From positions 1 to 64,000 of the IMG/VR virus record IMGVR_UViG_3300017991_000012: a stretch of DNA of 64,000 nucleotides; one strand, 5' to 3'. Positions 18,664-27,791 of the stretch are shown piece by piece (position 1 is the first letter of the stretch; each line of letters starts with the position of its first letter). This stretch comes from a virus. Below the pieces are notes generated by a model that did no database searches, had not been told where the DNA came from, and worked only from the letters and a program-made list of their open reading frames with translations. A program made the position numbers and the translations under genes.

Positions 18664-19092
18664 CTATTCTGGATGCTTGGCGCGGTAGGCAGCGATAGCT
18701 TTAGACACCTTCGTAAACGTCATCAGTCCATCTCGGTATTCTTCTGCGGCCCGTATTACTTCTTCCGCGTCTGCTTTCAGCCGCTCATTCTCTGCGCGAA
18801 GCTGGTCATATGCTTCCATTAACGCAGGCCCATTGACGCCACACCTTGGGCATAGTGCCGTATCGTCTGGTCTGAACTGTCCATTTTCAATTCCCATACC
18901 ATACGCCTTTTCGGAATGCTCGCGAATATACTTGCACACTCGCGCCTCAAACTGCGGTTCGGCCACGCGCAACTGTTGGATGCTTTCAACTGCGTCCTTC
19001 CTGTAACGAAATACTGTTGCCCGATGACACCACTTCCCGTTAAGGCGTTGTTCAACTACCCACACATACGGCCTTGCAAACGAGTTAACCAT
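18664..19092 (-). CDS. hypothetical protein
   Basis: ORF packed in the operon. Confidence 0.55.
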   Translation of the reverse strand: MVNSFARPYVWVVEQRLNGKWCHRATVFRYRKDAVESIQQLRVAEPQFEARVCKYIREHSEKAYGMGIENGQFRPDDTALCPRCGVNGPALMEAYDQLRAENERLKADAEEVIRAAEEYRDGLMTFTKVSKAIAAYRAKHPE

Positions 19093-19513
19093 TCGTCTTT
19101 CCCCTCTTCTCCGAATACTCTGGCTCTACAACCTTCGATGCCGCAAACCTCAATTCCTTAGGCGGCACCAACACCTCGCACCGATCAAAATGCACATTGC
19201 CGAGAATCGTTATCTCTCCACAGCAACTCGCATCAAAATGCGCAGATGACATTATGGTCAAACTGGCAGCGCAAATCTTCTCCTGGTTCACCGTGACGTG
19301 ATGGCAGAGCACAACATCATCATGCGGCCCTGGCACAGATCGCCGATCCCATGTACACGCATCGCTCCACAGGCCGGACTTGCGCGATGTGAATACCTTG
19401 CCGCCATGCGTAGGCGCTGCCGTGATCTGGCTCGGTATGTACTGCCAGCCCTTCGGCATGAATAGCGCCACGGCAGAAAGGCTCGCGCCCTTCAGAAAGG
19501 TTCGCCTCAGCAT
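19085..19513 (-). CDS. twin-arginine-signal protein with G8-like N-terminal fragment
   Basis: MLRRTFLKGA; SGLWSD..TW....VP...DDV...H.VTV. Confidence 0.6.
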   Translation of the reverse strand: MLRRTFLKGASLSAVALFMPKGWQYIPSQITAAPTHGGKVFTSRKSGLWSDACTWDRRSVPGPHDDVVLCHHVTVNQEKICAASLTIMSSAHFDASCCGEITILGNVHFDRCEVLVPPKELRFAASKVVEPEYSEKRGKTNG

Positions 19514-19815
19514 TGCTTACCCTCCAGCAGTGCCTTTCGCTTATCGATCCTCTCCTTGCAGCCGTTGCACACCCGCCCCACGCACAGCATCGGACGCCTG
19601 CCGCCTGCCAGCATCCGCTGGACCTGGTCACCGCGGAAGCGTGTCTTCTGCTCATACCACGGGCTGCTCTTCTTCTTCGGCACGCGCTTCTCGCAGACCA
19701 TGCAGACGACGGTCTTCTTGCCCTTCCTCTCTAGCTTCTGGCGCTCGTACCGACGCACGCGCTCGTAGTACAGCTTGCGCTTCTGGCGCTCGGTCAACGG
19801 CTTGTCGCTATCCAT
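19507..19815 (-). CDS. basic Zn-finger hypothetical protein
   Basis: CMVC...CNGC. Confidence 0.55.
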   Translation of the reverse strand: MDSDKPLTERQKRKLYYERVRRYERQKLERKGKKTVVCMVCEKRVPKKKSSPWYEQKTRFRGDQVQRMLAGGRRPMLCVGRVCNGCKERIDKRKALLEGKQC

Positions 19816-19816
19816 C

Positions 19817-20341
19817 TTATTTCTCCCTGGCTCCCCTCGCCCTCTGCATCAAGACGTTTTTGACCGCAAAGTCTGCTAAAGAAATCGCGTCACTCATATC
19901 GCCCCCACGGTCTTTGGCCGCCCATTTCGTATACTCCGGCCACAAGTGCGGCGCGATCAGCTTGCGCTCTTCCTTGCCCGTGCCGCGTGTCCACTCATTC
20001 ACGCCCACGCAGTCAACTGTATACCCATCCCAGATCGTGTAGCAGTGCCACCAGATCGCGCCCACGGCCATGCCATAGATACTCATGCCGCTGACCTTCT
20101 GTCTGTTCAGCCTGCCGTGGATCTTACCCTCCGGTATCTCAATCACGATCCTCTCCGGCAGTCTGGCTCGTACGATCTCACCTACCTTGCCGCACATGAT
20201 TTCGATCCTGGCCAACGGCGGCAGACTTGCCTTCGGAATGATCAACCCGGCATCGACGATGTCAATGCCTTCGGCCCAGGCCCAGCCAGTTCTGAGACTG
20301 CTTGGATCAAGCGCGAGGATCTTCATCCAGCTCCCTTTCAA
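19817..20341 (-). CDS. RuvC-like Holliday junction resolvase
   Basis: ILALDPSSLRTGWA, IVIE, DMSDAI. Confidence 0.85.
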   Translation of the reverse strand: MKGSWMKILALDPSSLRTGWAWAEGIDIVDAGLIIPKASLPPLARIEIMCGKVGEIVRARLPERIVIEIPEGKIHGRLNRQKVSGMSIYGMAVGAIWWHCYTIWDGYTVDCVGVNEWTRGTGKEERKLIAPHLWPEYTKWAAKDRGGDMSDAISLADFAVKNVLMQRARGAREK

Positions 20342-20660
20342 TGCGATATATCATGTCATCAATCTCTTGCCGCAGCTTCCCGCATACGTGTTTGTTCGCT
20401 GGCGACCCGCTTTCTGTCCATGCGCCTGAAACGAATTCGTCGACAGCCCGCTTCAGGTTCATGAACTTCTCGCCAGGAAAGTACACCTGCTCTGCTCCAG
20501 CCTCTGCGAAATTTTCATTCAGCAGACCGTTGCTCGTGCGGAAGTCCGACATTCCGGACGCCAGCTCGATCGAAAGCTCCGAAATGCCTGATAGTGCACT
20601 TCGCATGCGCCTCAGTTGTTCTTTCCTGTCTTTGAGCAGCAACCTCTCAATGTAGTTCAT
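20307..20660 (-). CDS. hypothetical protein
   Basis: ORF packed in the operon. Confidence 0.5.
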   Translation of the reverse strand: MNYIERLLLKDRKEQLRRMRSALSGISELSIELASGMSDFRTSNGLLNENFAEAGAEQVYFPGEKFMNLKRAVDEFVSGAWTESGSPANKHVCGKLRQEIDDMIYRIERELDEDPRA

Positions 20661-20869
20661 GTCTCTTCTCTTTCATCTGGATGGTCTCGATCTTCCGATC
20701 CAGATCCATGCAGGATCCGGACACGCACAGCAAAACGCTGGCCTTGCATTCCGGACACTCGTACTGATCGCCAGGATACACATGCGCCTCACCCCACCTG
20801 GCACCCAGGCCGTTCTTGATGCACTTCATCTCCACCTGGCATAGTGCGCAACAGATCATCAGATTTCTC

Positions 20870-21226
20870 CTACTCTTGGGTCGCGATCGATTCCCAGTAC
20901 CGGATGTGCTTGCCGGTGCTCTTCGCATATTCGATCTCTCGCTTGGTCGAATATCCGACATAGCCACCGACATTCAAAACCAGGATTTCATCAGCCATGT
21001 CGATCTTGCGCAGGTGTAAGACATCCAATCTGATCTTGTCATCGTCCGTGTGCTCGATGCCATTGTGGTGCAGCCATCGCCCGTGAGATCCTACGCTCAG
21101 CACGATATTGCCGGCCTTGGTCTCTTCATAGTTGGCCATGTCGTACGCTTCATCAAACCTGGTCGATCCACATAGGCAAACGACCTTTGGCCTGCCACTG
21201 AATATCATGAAAGTATCGTCGCCCAT
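20870..21226 (-). CDS. nucleoside-deoxyribosyltransferase-fold (DUF4406-like) protein
   Basis: VCLCGSTRF, LHLRKIDMADEILVLNVGGYVG.ST.REI.YA. Confidence 0.8.
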   Translation of the reverse strand: MGDDTFMIFSGRPKVVCLCGSTRFDEAYDMANYEETKAGNIVLSVGSHGRWLHHNGIEHTDDDKIRLDVLHLRKIDMADEILVLNVGGYVGYSTKREIEYAKSTGKHIRYWESIATQE

Positions 21227-21611
21227 TATCTATCCTCCAAAACAAACTTCGCGTGGTTCGCCATATCCTTGATCGCTGCCTTCAGCCTGGCTACGTCCTC
21301 ATCCCGCGCCTTCAACTCCAGGCCAACGCGGTTCAGCATAGGTCGCCGCTGCCAGTCGGCGATGAACATCTTGACCTGGTGAATTTCACACGACTGGTTG
21401 CTGCATCTCACGCGCCCGACATCCACTCGCTCTGCCGCATGGTCACAGAACGGACAGGCTAGGACTTGCTCAATATTCGGCATCACAGATCCTCCACATG
21501 AATCGCCACCGTGCAGCAGGACAAACAGCTCTGTCATCACCCAGTATGCCCGGCTTGACTTGCTGCTTTCCTCGTATAGCTCGGTGAGCAAATCGCATTT
21601 CCGACAGGTAG

Positions 21612-21806
21612 TCACAGATCCTCCACTCCGTCCTTGAACCCCATGAGCCACGCCTTCCGGAAACCCCAGCCGCCGGCCTTGCGCTTGTACTGGCAGTCAG
21701 CTGTTCCCTTGCCGGTCATCGCAGCATCGTATCCTTTCAGGTATCCAGCCTGGTGCGCCTTGCTCGTGATCTTGTCCACGCCCTTGAGAAACATGCGCCT
21801 GGTCAT
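21612..21806 (-). CDS. ribosome modulation factor (Rmf)-like protein
   Basis: KGYDAAMTGK....CQY...AWLMGF.DG resembles the Rmf pattern RGY.AG..G....CPY...W..GW. Confidence 0.65.
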   Translation of the reverse strand: MTRRMFLKGVDKITSKAHQAGYLKGYDAAMTGKGTADCQYKRKAGGWGFRKAWLMGFKDGVEDL

Positions 21807-22417
21807 TTCATGCGCCTATCAACGTCAGGCAGCTTGATCTTCTGAAAAGACGCCAGCCTGGACGCTATCCGCGGCTGCCATCGATGGATCCGGTCCAGTC
21901 CCATCTCGGTCGTCACGATCGTCTCGCGCATACGGTTTATCCGGTTACTGAGGATCAGGTAGAAGGTGCTTACCGAATAGTCGCTGCGCTTCTCGGCGCC
22001 GAGATCGTCCAGCAGCAGCAGCGGAACCTTTGAGTATCGATCGACCACCTGCATTTCGCTTGTCTCTGACTTGGCGTCGAACGACGACCGGATCCTTAGC
22101 ATCAACTCCGGCACCGAGATCCAAAGCCACTCCTGGTCCTTGATGCGATCGACGAGTATGGCTGTGGCCAGGTGCGTCTTTCCAATTCCAGTCGGCCCGC
22201 TCAAAAAGAATCCGCCCTTGTTCCAGTCCACCTTGATGCCGTCGAAATCAGCCAGCCTTGCCTGCCTGTACCTTTCCGGGATCCCTCTCAGGTCTGGGAT
22301 GGACTTCTTGATCTGGTTCGACGTTGGCGAACTTATCTGGACGTTCTGCAGCACTCTGCGTGCCAGCTCGTTGATTGGACGAGCCTCTTTCTCCGCTGTC
22401 ATTATCTGGACCTCCAT
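21803..22417 (-). CDS. DnaC/IstB-like helicase loader ATPase
   Basis: GIPERY, GPTGIGKT, LLLLDDLGAE, RIASRL. Confidence 0.9.
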   Translation of the reverse strand: MEVQIMTAEKEARPINELARRVLQNVQISSPTSNQIKKSIPDLRGIPERYRQARLADFDGIKVDWNKGGFFLSGPTGIGKTHLATAILVDRIKDQEWLWISVPELMLRIRSSFDAKSETSEMQVVDRYSKVPLLLLDDLGAEKRSDYSVSTFYLILSNRINRMRETIVTTEMGLDRIHRWQPRIASRLASFQKIKLPDVDRRMK

Positions 22418-23075
22418 TCTTCATGTACCGCTGCAGCGTGCTATTCATCCAAGACATCGGGTTGTTTGGTTTGCGCCTCTCAGTGTTTGCCAGCGCCTCG
22501 TAGATCCAGTCTTCTGGATACATCTTCAGCCAGTTTCTCAGGTTCACCAGGCAGTCGCCAAGTACTCTGAAAGCATGCTGCTGTAGATCTTTCGATATAT
22601 GAATTTGAGACTCCGACTCGTCCTCTCCCTCCTCTCCTTCCACTCCTTTCCCTCCCTCCCTCTTAGGCGCTACCTCAGGTTCTTGCGGTATACACGCGGT
22701 ATCCTCCAAGTGCCTATCAGATGGATACTGGATGCGCACCCATCCAACTTCTTCGCTGGCGCAAACTTCCAGAGTATCGACTATCGTTTTCTCTGAAAAC
22801 CTTGTCATCATCGCGATCTCTTCTGGTGTCCACGCGGTACCATCTGGGTATCCGTCATGTGTCATCCAGCCGTCCCTCGGCTGCTCTTGACGAGAACACA
22901 GGAGAACCATCGCGCACCAAGCACCGTACATAGCTTCACCGCTTGGCTTCGACAGCAGCTTGCAGTAGCCAAGACCATTCTGCTTGTTTGGAACGCTACA
23001 CCAACTCTTCCTTGCGATCGTCCGAGACTTCGCATTCTCAAAGTGCTTACCCCAGTTGACGATCTGATATTTCAT
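22248..23075 (-). CDS. phage replication initiator
   Basis: N-terminal wHTH-like region, low-complexity linker, DnaD-like C-terminus; directly upstream of the loader. Confidence 0.7.
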   Translation of the reverse strand: MKYQIVNWGKHFENAKSRTIARKSWCSVPNKQNGLGYCKLLSKPSGEAMYGAWCAMVLLCSRQEQPRDGWMTHDGYPDGTAWTPEEIAMMTRFSEKTIVDTLEVCASEEVGWVRIQYPSDRHLEDTACIPQEPEVAPKREGGKGVEGEEGEDESESQIHISKDLQQHAFRVLGDCLVNLRNWLKMYPEDWIYEALANTERRKPNNPMSWMNSTLQRYMKNGGPDNDSGERGSSNQRAGTQSAAERPDKFANVEPDQEVHPRPERDPGKVQAGKAG

Positions 23076-23560
23076 TTTTGTTCCTCGACTTCCATGATGC
23101 GCTGCCCGTGGTCCCTGCAGCTGTCGGTCCATTCTCTTGCGACATCCATCATCATGCTTTTCATCGCGCTCATCTGATCAAGGTGACTCCGTATGGAAAA
23201 GAGAAGAGGAACCCATCGATCCAAGTCACAAGATCCTCGCGCCCCCACAATATCATCCTTGACGAAAAACGCGAATTCATGCATGGCTTCGTCGTTGAAA
23301 ATGCATCCGAGTGCTTTCATCACATATTGCAGGTCATCGTCACCGTGATGTTTGCCGTGGCACTGGCTACACAGACAAACCAGATCGTTCACCGTTTCCG
23401 TTCCCCATTCCTTTGGGTAACGGCGATGATGAACGTGCTTTGCCTTCCCTCCACACAGCACACACTCGCCGTTATCCATCGCCAACCGTTGCGCCCTGAT
23501 CGTCTTCCACTTGTCGCTCTGCAGGTACTTCTGATAAGCGGCTTTTCCGTTCTTGGACAT
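23072..23560 (-). CDS. HNH endonuclease
   Basis: YL.S..W...R...D...CVLCG, HVHHRRY, LVCLCSQCHGKHH. Confidence 0.85.
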   Translation of the reverse strand: MSKNGKAAYQKYLQSDKWKTIRAQRLAMDNGECVLCGGKAKHVHHRRYPKEWGTETVNDLVCLCSQCHGKHHGDDDLQYVMKALGCIFNDEAMHEFAFFVKDDIVGARGSCDLDRWVPLLFSIRSHLDQMSAMKSMMMDVAREWTDSCRDHGQRIMEVEEQK

Positions 23561-23573
23561 GCCGATCTCCGCC

Positions 23574-23680
23574 AAAAGGCCCTCCCCAGCTGGACGGACC
23601 AACAGAGGATGCTGGTAGGAAGCTGGGTCAGGCCAGGAATAAGTCCGGTTGAATCCTTCCTCTGTTTTTTCCGTCCAGGT
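23574..23680 (-). promoter_or_regulatory. structured 5' leader (long inverted repeat, possible attenuator)
   Basis: CTGGACGGA..AACAGAGGA (23590-23609) is inverted at 23658-23678. Confidence 0.55.
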
Positions 23681-23683
23681 TCA

Positions 23684-23714
23684 ACTATACTCGGAAGCGC
23701 TCGTTTGTCAAGTG
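23684..23714 (-). promoter_or_regulatory. promoter of the replication operon
   Basis: CACTTGACA-16-TATAGT. Confidence 0.8.
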
Positions 23715-24055
23715 CCCAACTCTGTTTTCCACTCAAAAATCGTAGAAATCGGAATCTTGATCCCGTGCACGCGCTCCATCTCGATCGCAGTCTGCTCCAG
23801 TGTCCTGCTTTCCAGCATCCGTAGTGCCTCGTCCATCACCCGATCCATATATCTTGCGCTGTCACGTGCGCCCGGCACTCCGGCATTGAAGTACTTGCGA
23901 CACAGCCTGCAGTAGTGCTTGCTGTATCTAACCCTCCATGTTGTGTGCTGCAGGTCTTTCAGCGTGCGTCTGCCAACGCTGTGTTTTTTGCATGATGCCC
24001 CACATCTCGGACAGTCCGCGTACTTCTTCACCGCGTCGTGTTCTTTTATCTTCAT
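23708..24055 (-). CDS. Zn-finger plus HTH protein resembling an ISL3 transposase N-terminus
   Basis: CPRCG...RRTLKDL...VR...YCRLCRKYF followed by an HTH-like end; no DDE domain. Confidence 0.6.
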   Translation of the reverse strand: MKIKEHDAVKKYADCPRCGASCKKHSVGRRTLKDLQHTTWRVRYSKHYCRLCRKYFNAGVPGARDSARYMDRVMDEALRMLESRTLEQTAIEMERVHGIKIPISTIFEWKTELGT

Positions 24056-25020
24056 CAGCAGACCTTCTTCAGCTGGTTCTCCTCGGCGTACTTCACAAGT
24101 TGTGCAATCGCTTCTTCCTTGGTGTCGACAGGCGGCATGGCCGCCTTGTCGTACAGCTCATTTCCTGCGTTCTCACCCTTGCTTGTGTAACTGCAGAACT
24201 TGCTCCCAGTCTGACCATCGCTGACAAAGATCTGCCGGCCAAGTCCGTCCTCGTAGACCGGCCCTCGATCCTCACCGGAAGCGTTGGGAAGCTCTGTCTT
24301 ATCTCCATCTTGATCGCCTCCAGTATCTTCATCATCGGATGCACTGGCATCGCCGCTCTCGTCCACCTGCTCGCCCTCCTCGTTCTCCTTGAAGGGCAGC
24401 TCCTTCTGGCGATCGGCATCAGTGAACGGCCTGCTGCTGATAATCTCGCCCGTGTCAAGGCGCACCTGCTGCACTTCTTCCGCTTCCCAGTTCTTCCTCT
24501 CTTCCACGTCGACATACTTCAGCACCTTTCCGATCTGAATCTCATTGTCGATCTTCTCGCGCCTGGCCATGAGTGCGCTGATCTCGGCCTCCAACGTCTT
24601 CTTCTCGGCCTTCAGCTGATCCTCGACCACTTTCAGATGCTCGGTCTTCTCACGCATCTCGGCCGTCAGCCCAGCGGCTTCCATCGCCTTCTCCCTGACC
24701 TCGGCATCCGTCATGTCGAACCGGAACTGGCGCCTGTTCTTGCCCAGGACTTCAACCTTCAACTTCGCGCAAGCGCAAGGGCTGGTGCTACATACGCCGC
24801 AGACAACGCATTTGCAGAAGCTGATTCCATTACCGCAGCCCACGCAGACCTCTTCATCTCCGCTCGCTTCTCCTTCTGCTTCTGCCGCTCCTTCTTCAGC
24901 CGCTTCTTCCTGTGTTTGCTGTTCACGATCATGCTCCTCTGCCATCTCCGCTTTTGCTCGCTCGTCCTCTGCGGCCAGCGCATCTGCCTTTGCCGCGGCC
25001 TGTTCCTGTTCTTCGTTCAT
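24055..25020 (-). CDS. acidic coiled-coil hypothetical protein
   Basis: Cys cluster, coiled coil, RLDTGE...RP.T..DRQ.ELPF. Confidence 0.65.
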   Translation of the reverse strand: MNEEQEQAAAKADALAAEDERAKAEMAEEHDREQQTQEEAAEEGAAEAEGEASGDEEVCVGCGNGISFCKCVVCGVCSTSPCACAKLKVEVLGKNRRQFRFDMTDAEVREKAMEAAGLTAEMREKTEHLKVVEDQLKAEKKTLEAEISALMARREKIDNEIQIGKVLKYVDVEERKNWEAEEVQQVRLDTGEIISSRPFTDADRQKELPFKENEEGEQVDESGDASASDDEDTGGDQDGDKTELPNASGEDRGPVYEDGLGRQIFVSDGQTGSKFCSYTSKGENAGNELYDKAAMPPVDTKEEAIAQLVKYAEENQLKKVC

Positions 25021-25153
25021 CAGCTCTCCCTCCAAGATCAAAAGCAACCTGGTCCTCTATGGCTCAGGTCTCGACCTGGCCAACGCCCGTAAACGAACGC
25101 GGCTGTAACCGCGCTCAAGATACTCCTCCACAATTTCCTCTGCCGTTCGCATC

Positions 25154-25774
25154 TCAGTCTCCAAACAGATACCCGAACATCTTGCAGTCCTTCTGTACCC
25201 ACGGCCACAGTGCTTCGAATATCTCGGCGTCGTAATACTCACGGTACGGACGCACGTTTCCAAGATCGTCCCTGCGGCTTGCGCTGACATTCAGGCACGG
25301 CAGCTGCGGCAGATTGTCCAGCTCCATCAGCCTGTACCAGCCGTCGCGCAGATCCTCGAACTTCAACACCGTGTCCATGATCAGCTTGCCGTCGTTATCG
25401 CACAGCCAGCGCCATTGCTGGAACCAGAACAGCATCCACGGCTTGCCATGCCTGATCTCGCCGACGCATTCGCAGCTGACAAAGATCTTCCAGATCCAGT
25501 CGCGGAAGCTCAGGTCCTCATCGCGATCGCGCTTGATACTTCCGTCCTTGGCCTCGTGCTGCCAGGTGTACAAGCTCACGATCCGGTCCCATGGGTTCCT
25601 GACTACAGCCAGCTTCTTGTAGCCGGCCCAGCGTACGGGATCGGCCTTCTGCAGCTCAAGTGCCGTATAGTGCCATTCGGCATGGCCCATCGGCCAGAGC
25701 GCCTTGCAGATACTGAAGCCCGCGCACTTGGGAATGTGCACATGCGCTATGCGGTACTGGTCGCTGAAGCCCAT
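25154..25774 (-). CDS. sulfotransferase family 2 protein
   Basis: 5'-PSB HIPKCAG and 3'-PB VVRNPWDRIVSLY; KFEDL; D...FGY.F. Confidence 0.9.
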   Translation of the reverse strand: MGFSDQYRIAHVHIPKCAGFSICKALWPMGHAEWHYTALELQKADPVRWAGYKKLAVVRNPWDRIVSLYTWQHEAKDGSIKRDRDEDLSFRDWIWKIFVSCECVGEIRHGKPWMLFWFQQWRWLCDNDGKLIMDTVLKFEDLRDGWYRLMELDNLPQLPCLNVSASRRDDLGNVRPYREYYDAEIFEALWPWVQKDCKMFGYLFGD

Positions 25775-25967
25775 CAGTCTACCTCCTCGCGAGGCCAGCC
25801 ATAGCTGCCTCGATCTCCAGGCTCGATCAGCTCCACACTCTCTACCTTGATCACGCCAGGCCGCCGCTCGGCGATCTCCCTAGCCTCGACCTCGTGCAAA
25901 GCATGCACTTCGATCGTCTCATCCACGGCCTTCAGGACCGTGACCAGGTACGGTACGTTTGCGCCCA

Positions 25968-26267
25968 TCAGTTTTCCTCCGCGTATTTCTTGCGCCAGGC
26001 GTCAATGGCCTTGTGCGCCATCCTCGCATATACTGGATGCACTTCGTTTGGACCATCCGTGATCTCAAGGCTGGCTTCAAGCGCCTCTACCAGATCCCGC
26101 GCCTCATCCCGCACACACTGCCTGATCGCCGCCACGCCTGCGGCCTTGATCTCTGCTGCCGTCATCTTGAATACAGGCACTCTGTCTGACATGATGGCGT
26201 GCATCGCCGCGTCCATGCGCCTCTGCTGCAGGTAGGCGAAAACGTCAAACGCTTCTTCTGGTGTCAT
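25968..26267 (-). CDS. hypothetical protein
   Basis: RBS and packing with neighbours. Confidence 0.55.
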   Translation of the reverse strand: MTPEEAFDVFAYLQQRRMDAAMHAIMSDRVPVFKMTAAEIKAAGVAAIRQCVRDEARDLVEALEASLEITDGPNEVHPVYARMAHKAIDAWRKKYAEEN

Positions 26268-26683
26268 CAGCTCTCCTTAGGTGGACTGATCTTAAACCTG
26301 CAGCCAAGTTTCAGATCCGGATGCGGCATGTAGATCGTGAACGACCACTCGTCTTTGAGCATTCCCAAGTGCGTCTCCGGATCACGGATGCAGCACTCTG
26401 GCACGTCCAGGATCTCAGACAGGATCGCCTTCAGCTTCTCAGGATGCCCTGGCTGCTTATCCCATCTGGCCAGCGTCCGGTTCACGCTTTCAAGCAGCTT
26501 CGCCTTGTACTCGGCCATGCCCTCCGGCGTGTCGTACAGCTCGATCCGGATCATCAGCTGCTCGCCGCACGACCAGCACTTGAACTTGAACGGACGGCCG
26601 TCGATCGCCTTCAGCCAGAATACCTCGCGGCATTTCCAGCAGCGGCGTCTGACATCGTGTACCTTGATCTCGTGCTCGATCAT
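26267..26683 (-). CDS. Zn-ribbon hypothetical protein
   Basis: CWKC...CWSC. Confidence 0.55.
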   Translation of the reverse strand: MIEHEIKVHDVRRRCWKCREVFWLKAIDGRPFKFKCWSCGEQLMIRIELYDTPEGMAEYKAKLLESVNRTLARWDKQPGHPEKLKAILSEILDVPECCIRDPETHLGMLKDEWSFTIYMPHPDLKLGCRFKISPPKES

Positions 26684-26915
26684 CTTTTCTTCCTGAACCT
26701 GTCGGATGCTGGGCAGTCCGCGAAGTGAGAAATGAACGCCTGGCTCACGGGGAACTTCTTGTGCTCGCCGTTCGGCTTCTTGTTCTTGGTCAGCACCCAC
26801 CAGATGTCGGCACCGCAACCACGGCACTGACTGCGGTCTCCGATCTGATCCAACAGCTTCGCCATCCGCTCTTCCAGATCAACCAGTTCCTGCTTCGGTA
26901 CGAATTCGCCTGCCA

Positions 26916-27278
26916 TCATTTCTCCTCGTCTGATTGCCAACTCGTTCCGCCTATGCAGATCGCTCCAGGATCTTCTCGCCATTCTACGATGGTTTGATTG
27001 AATACATTCTCGTCGCGTTCAGTCCACGTTCCTTTGGCCTTTTCGTATGCGCGAATCAGCCTGTACACCTCCAGGTAGTACGGTTCGTCACAGGCCACGA
27101 CAATGAACGGCTTGCCTTTTTTCAGCAGCTTTCCTGCCCTGCTATCAAGAAGGAACTCCATCTCTGCCACTCGCTTCTGTTCCTCGCGGCGAATCTGTGC
27201 TTGGATCTGCCGCTCCTCGCGGCGAATCTGTGCTTGGATCTGCCGCGCCTTTTGTGCCTTCGTCAGCTTCTTTGTCAT
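26916..27278 (-). CDS. hypothetical protein with 11-aa duplication
   Basis: RQIQAQIRREE present twice. Confidence 0.6.
   Translation of the reverse strand: MTKKLTKAQKARQIQAQIRREERQIQAQIRREEQKRVAEMEFLLDSRAGKLLKKGKPFIVVACDEPYYLEVYRLIRAYEKAKGTWTERDENVFNQTIVEWREDPGAICIGGTSWQSDEEK
27181..27246. repeat. perfect 33-bp tandem duplication
   Basis: TCCTCGCGGCGAATCTGTGCTTGGATCTGCCGC x2. Confidence 0.95.
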
Positions 27279-27293
27279 CAGAACATCTCCTTC

Positions 27294-27581
27294 TCAAGGT
27301 CTTCGATAACCGCCAGCCTTTGCCGAGAACAGGTTCTTCATCGAACTCCATAGAAGATCCCTGAACTCATACCAGGTCAGGAATGTCTTGGCATTACCCT
27401 TTCCCTTCTTGCCTAGCCACTTTCCGTCGCTCCTGACACGGTATCTGGCAGCCATATCCCTATGGAGACCATAACGCCAGCGTTCTATGAAGTCAGTAGC
27501 GCGGAACAGCTCAACTTTGTGCGTTCTCTTGCCAGGAATCTTGAGCAAGAACGTCATCACCGGCTTTCGCTTCTCTCCCAT
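27294..27581 (-). CDS. hypothetical basic protein
   Basis: ORF with protein-like composition. Confidence 0.5.
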   Translation of the reverse strand: MGEKRKPVMTFLLKIPGKRTHKVELFRATDFIERWRYGLHRDMAARYRVRSDGKWLGKKGKGNAKTFLTWYEFRDLLWSSMKNLFSAKAGGYRRP

Positions 27582-27791
27582 TGTAAACCCTTTACAAGAT
27601 CACGGATAGCGATCGCCTCCGAGGCCCGGATCCACCGCGAGGCCACGGCGACAGCCTCGGCGCAACGAGAGCTGCTCATGAACCAGTCGTGACAAGTACT
27701 AGTTTTTTGTGCTCGGAAATCACAGCAATCTTTCCTCGCAAGTCGTTCGCCGTCAACGAATCTTCCCGGCAGCCGTCGAGACGCTACGCAA

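Noticed and set aside
23708-24055. Active IS element
   Set aside because: No catalytic domain, terminal repeats or target duplication seen
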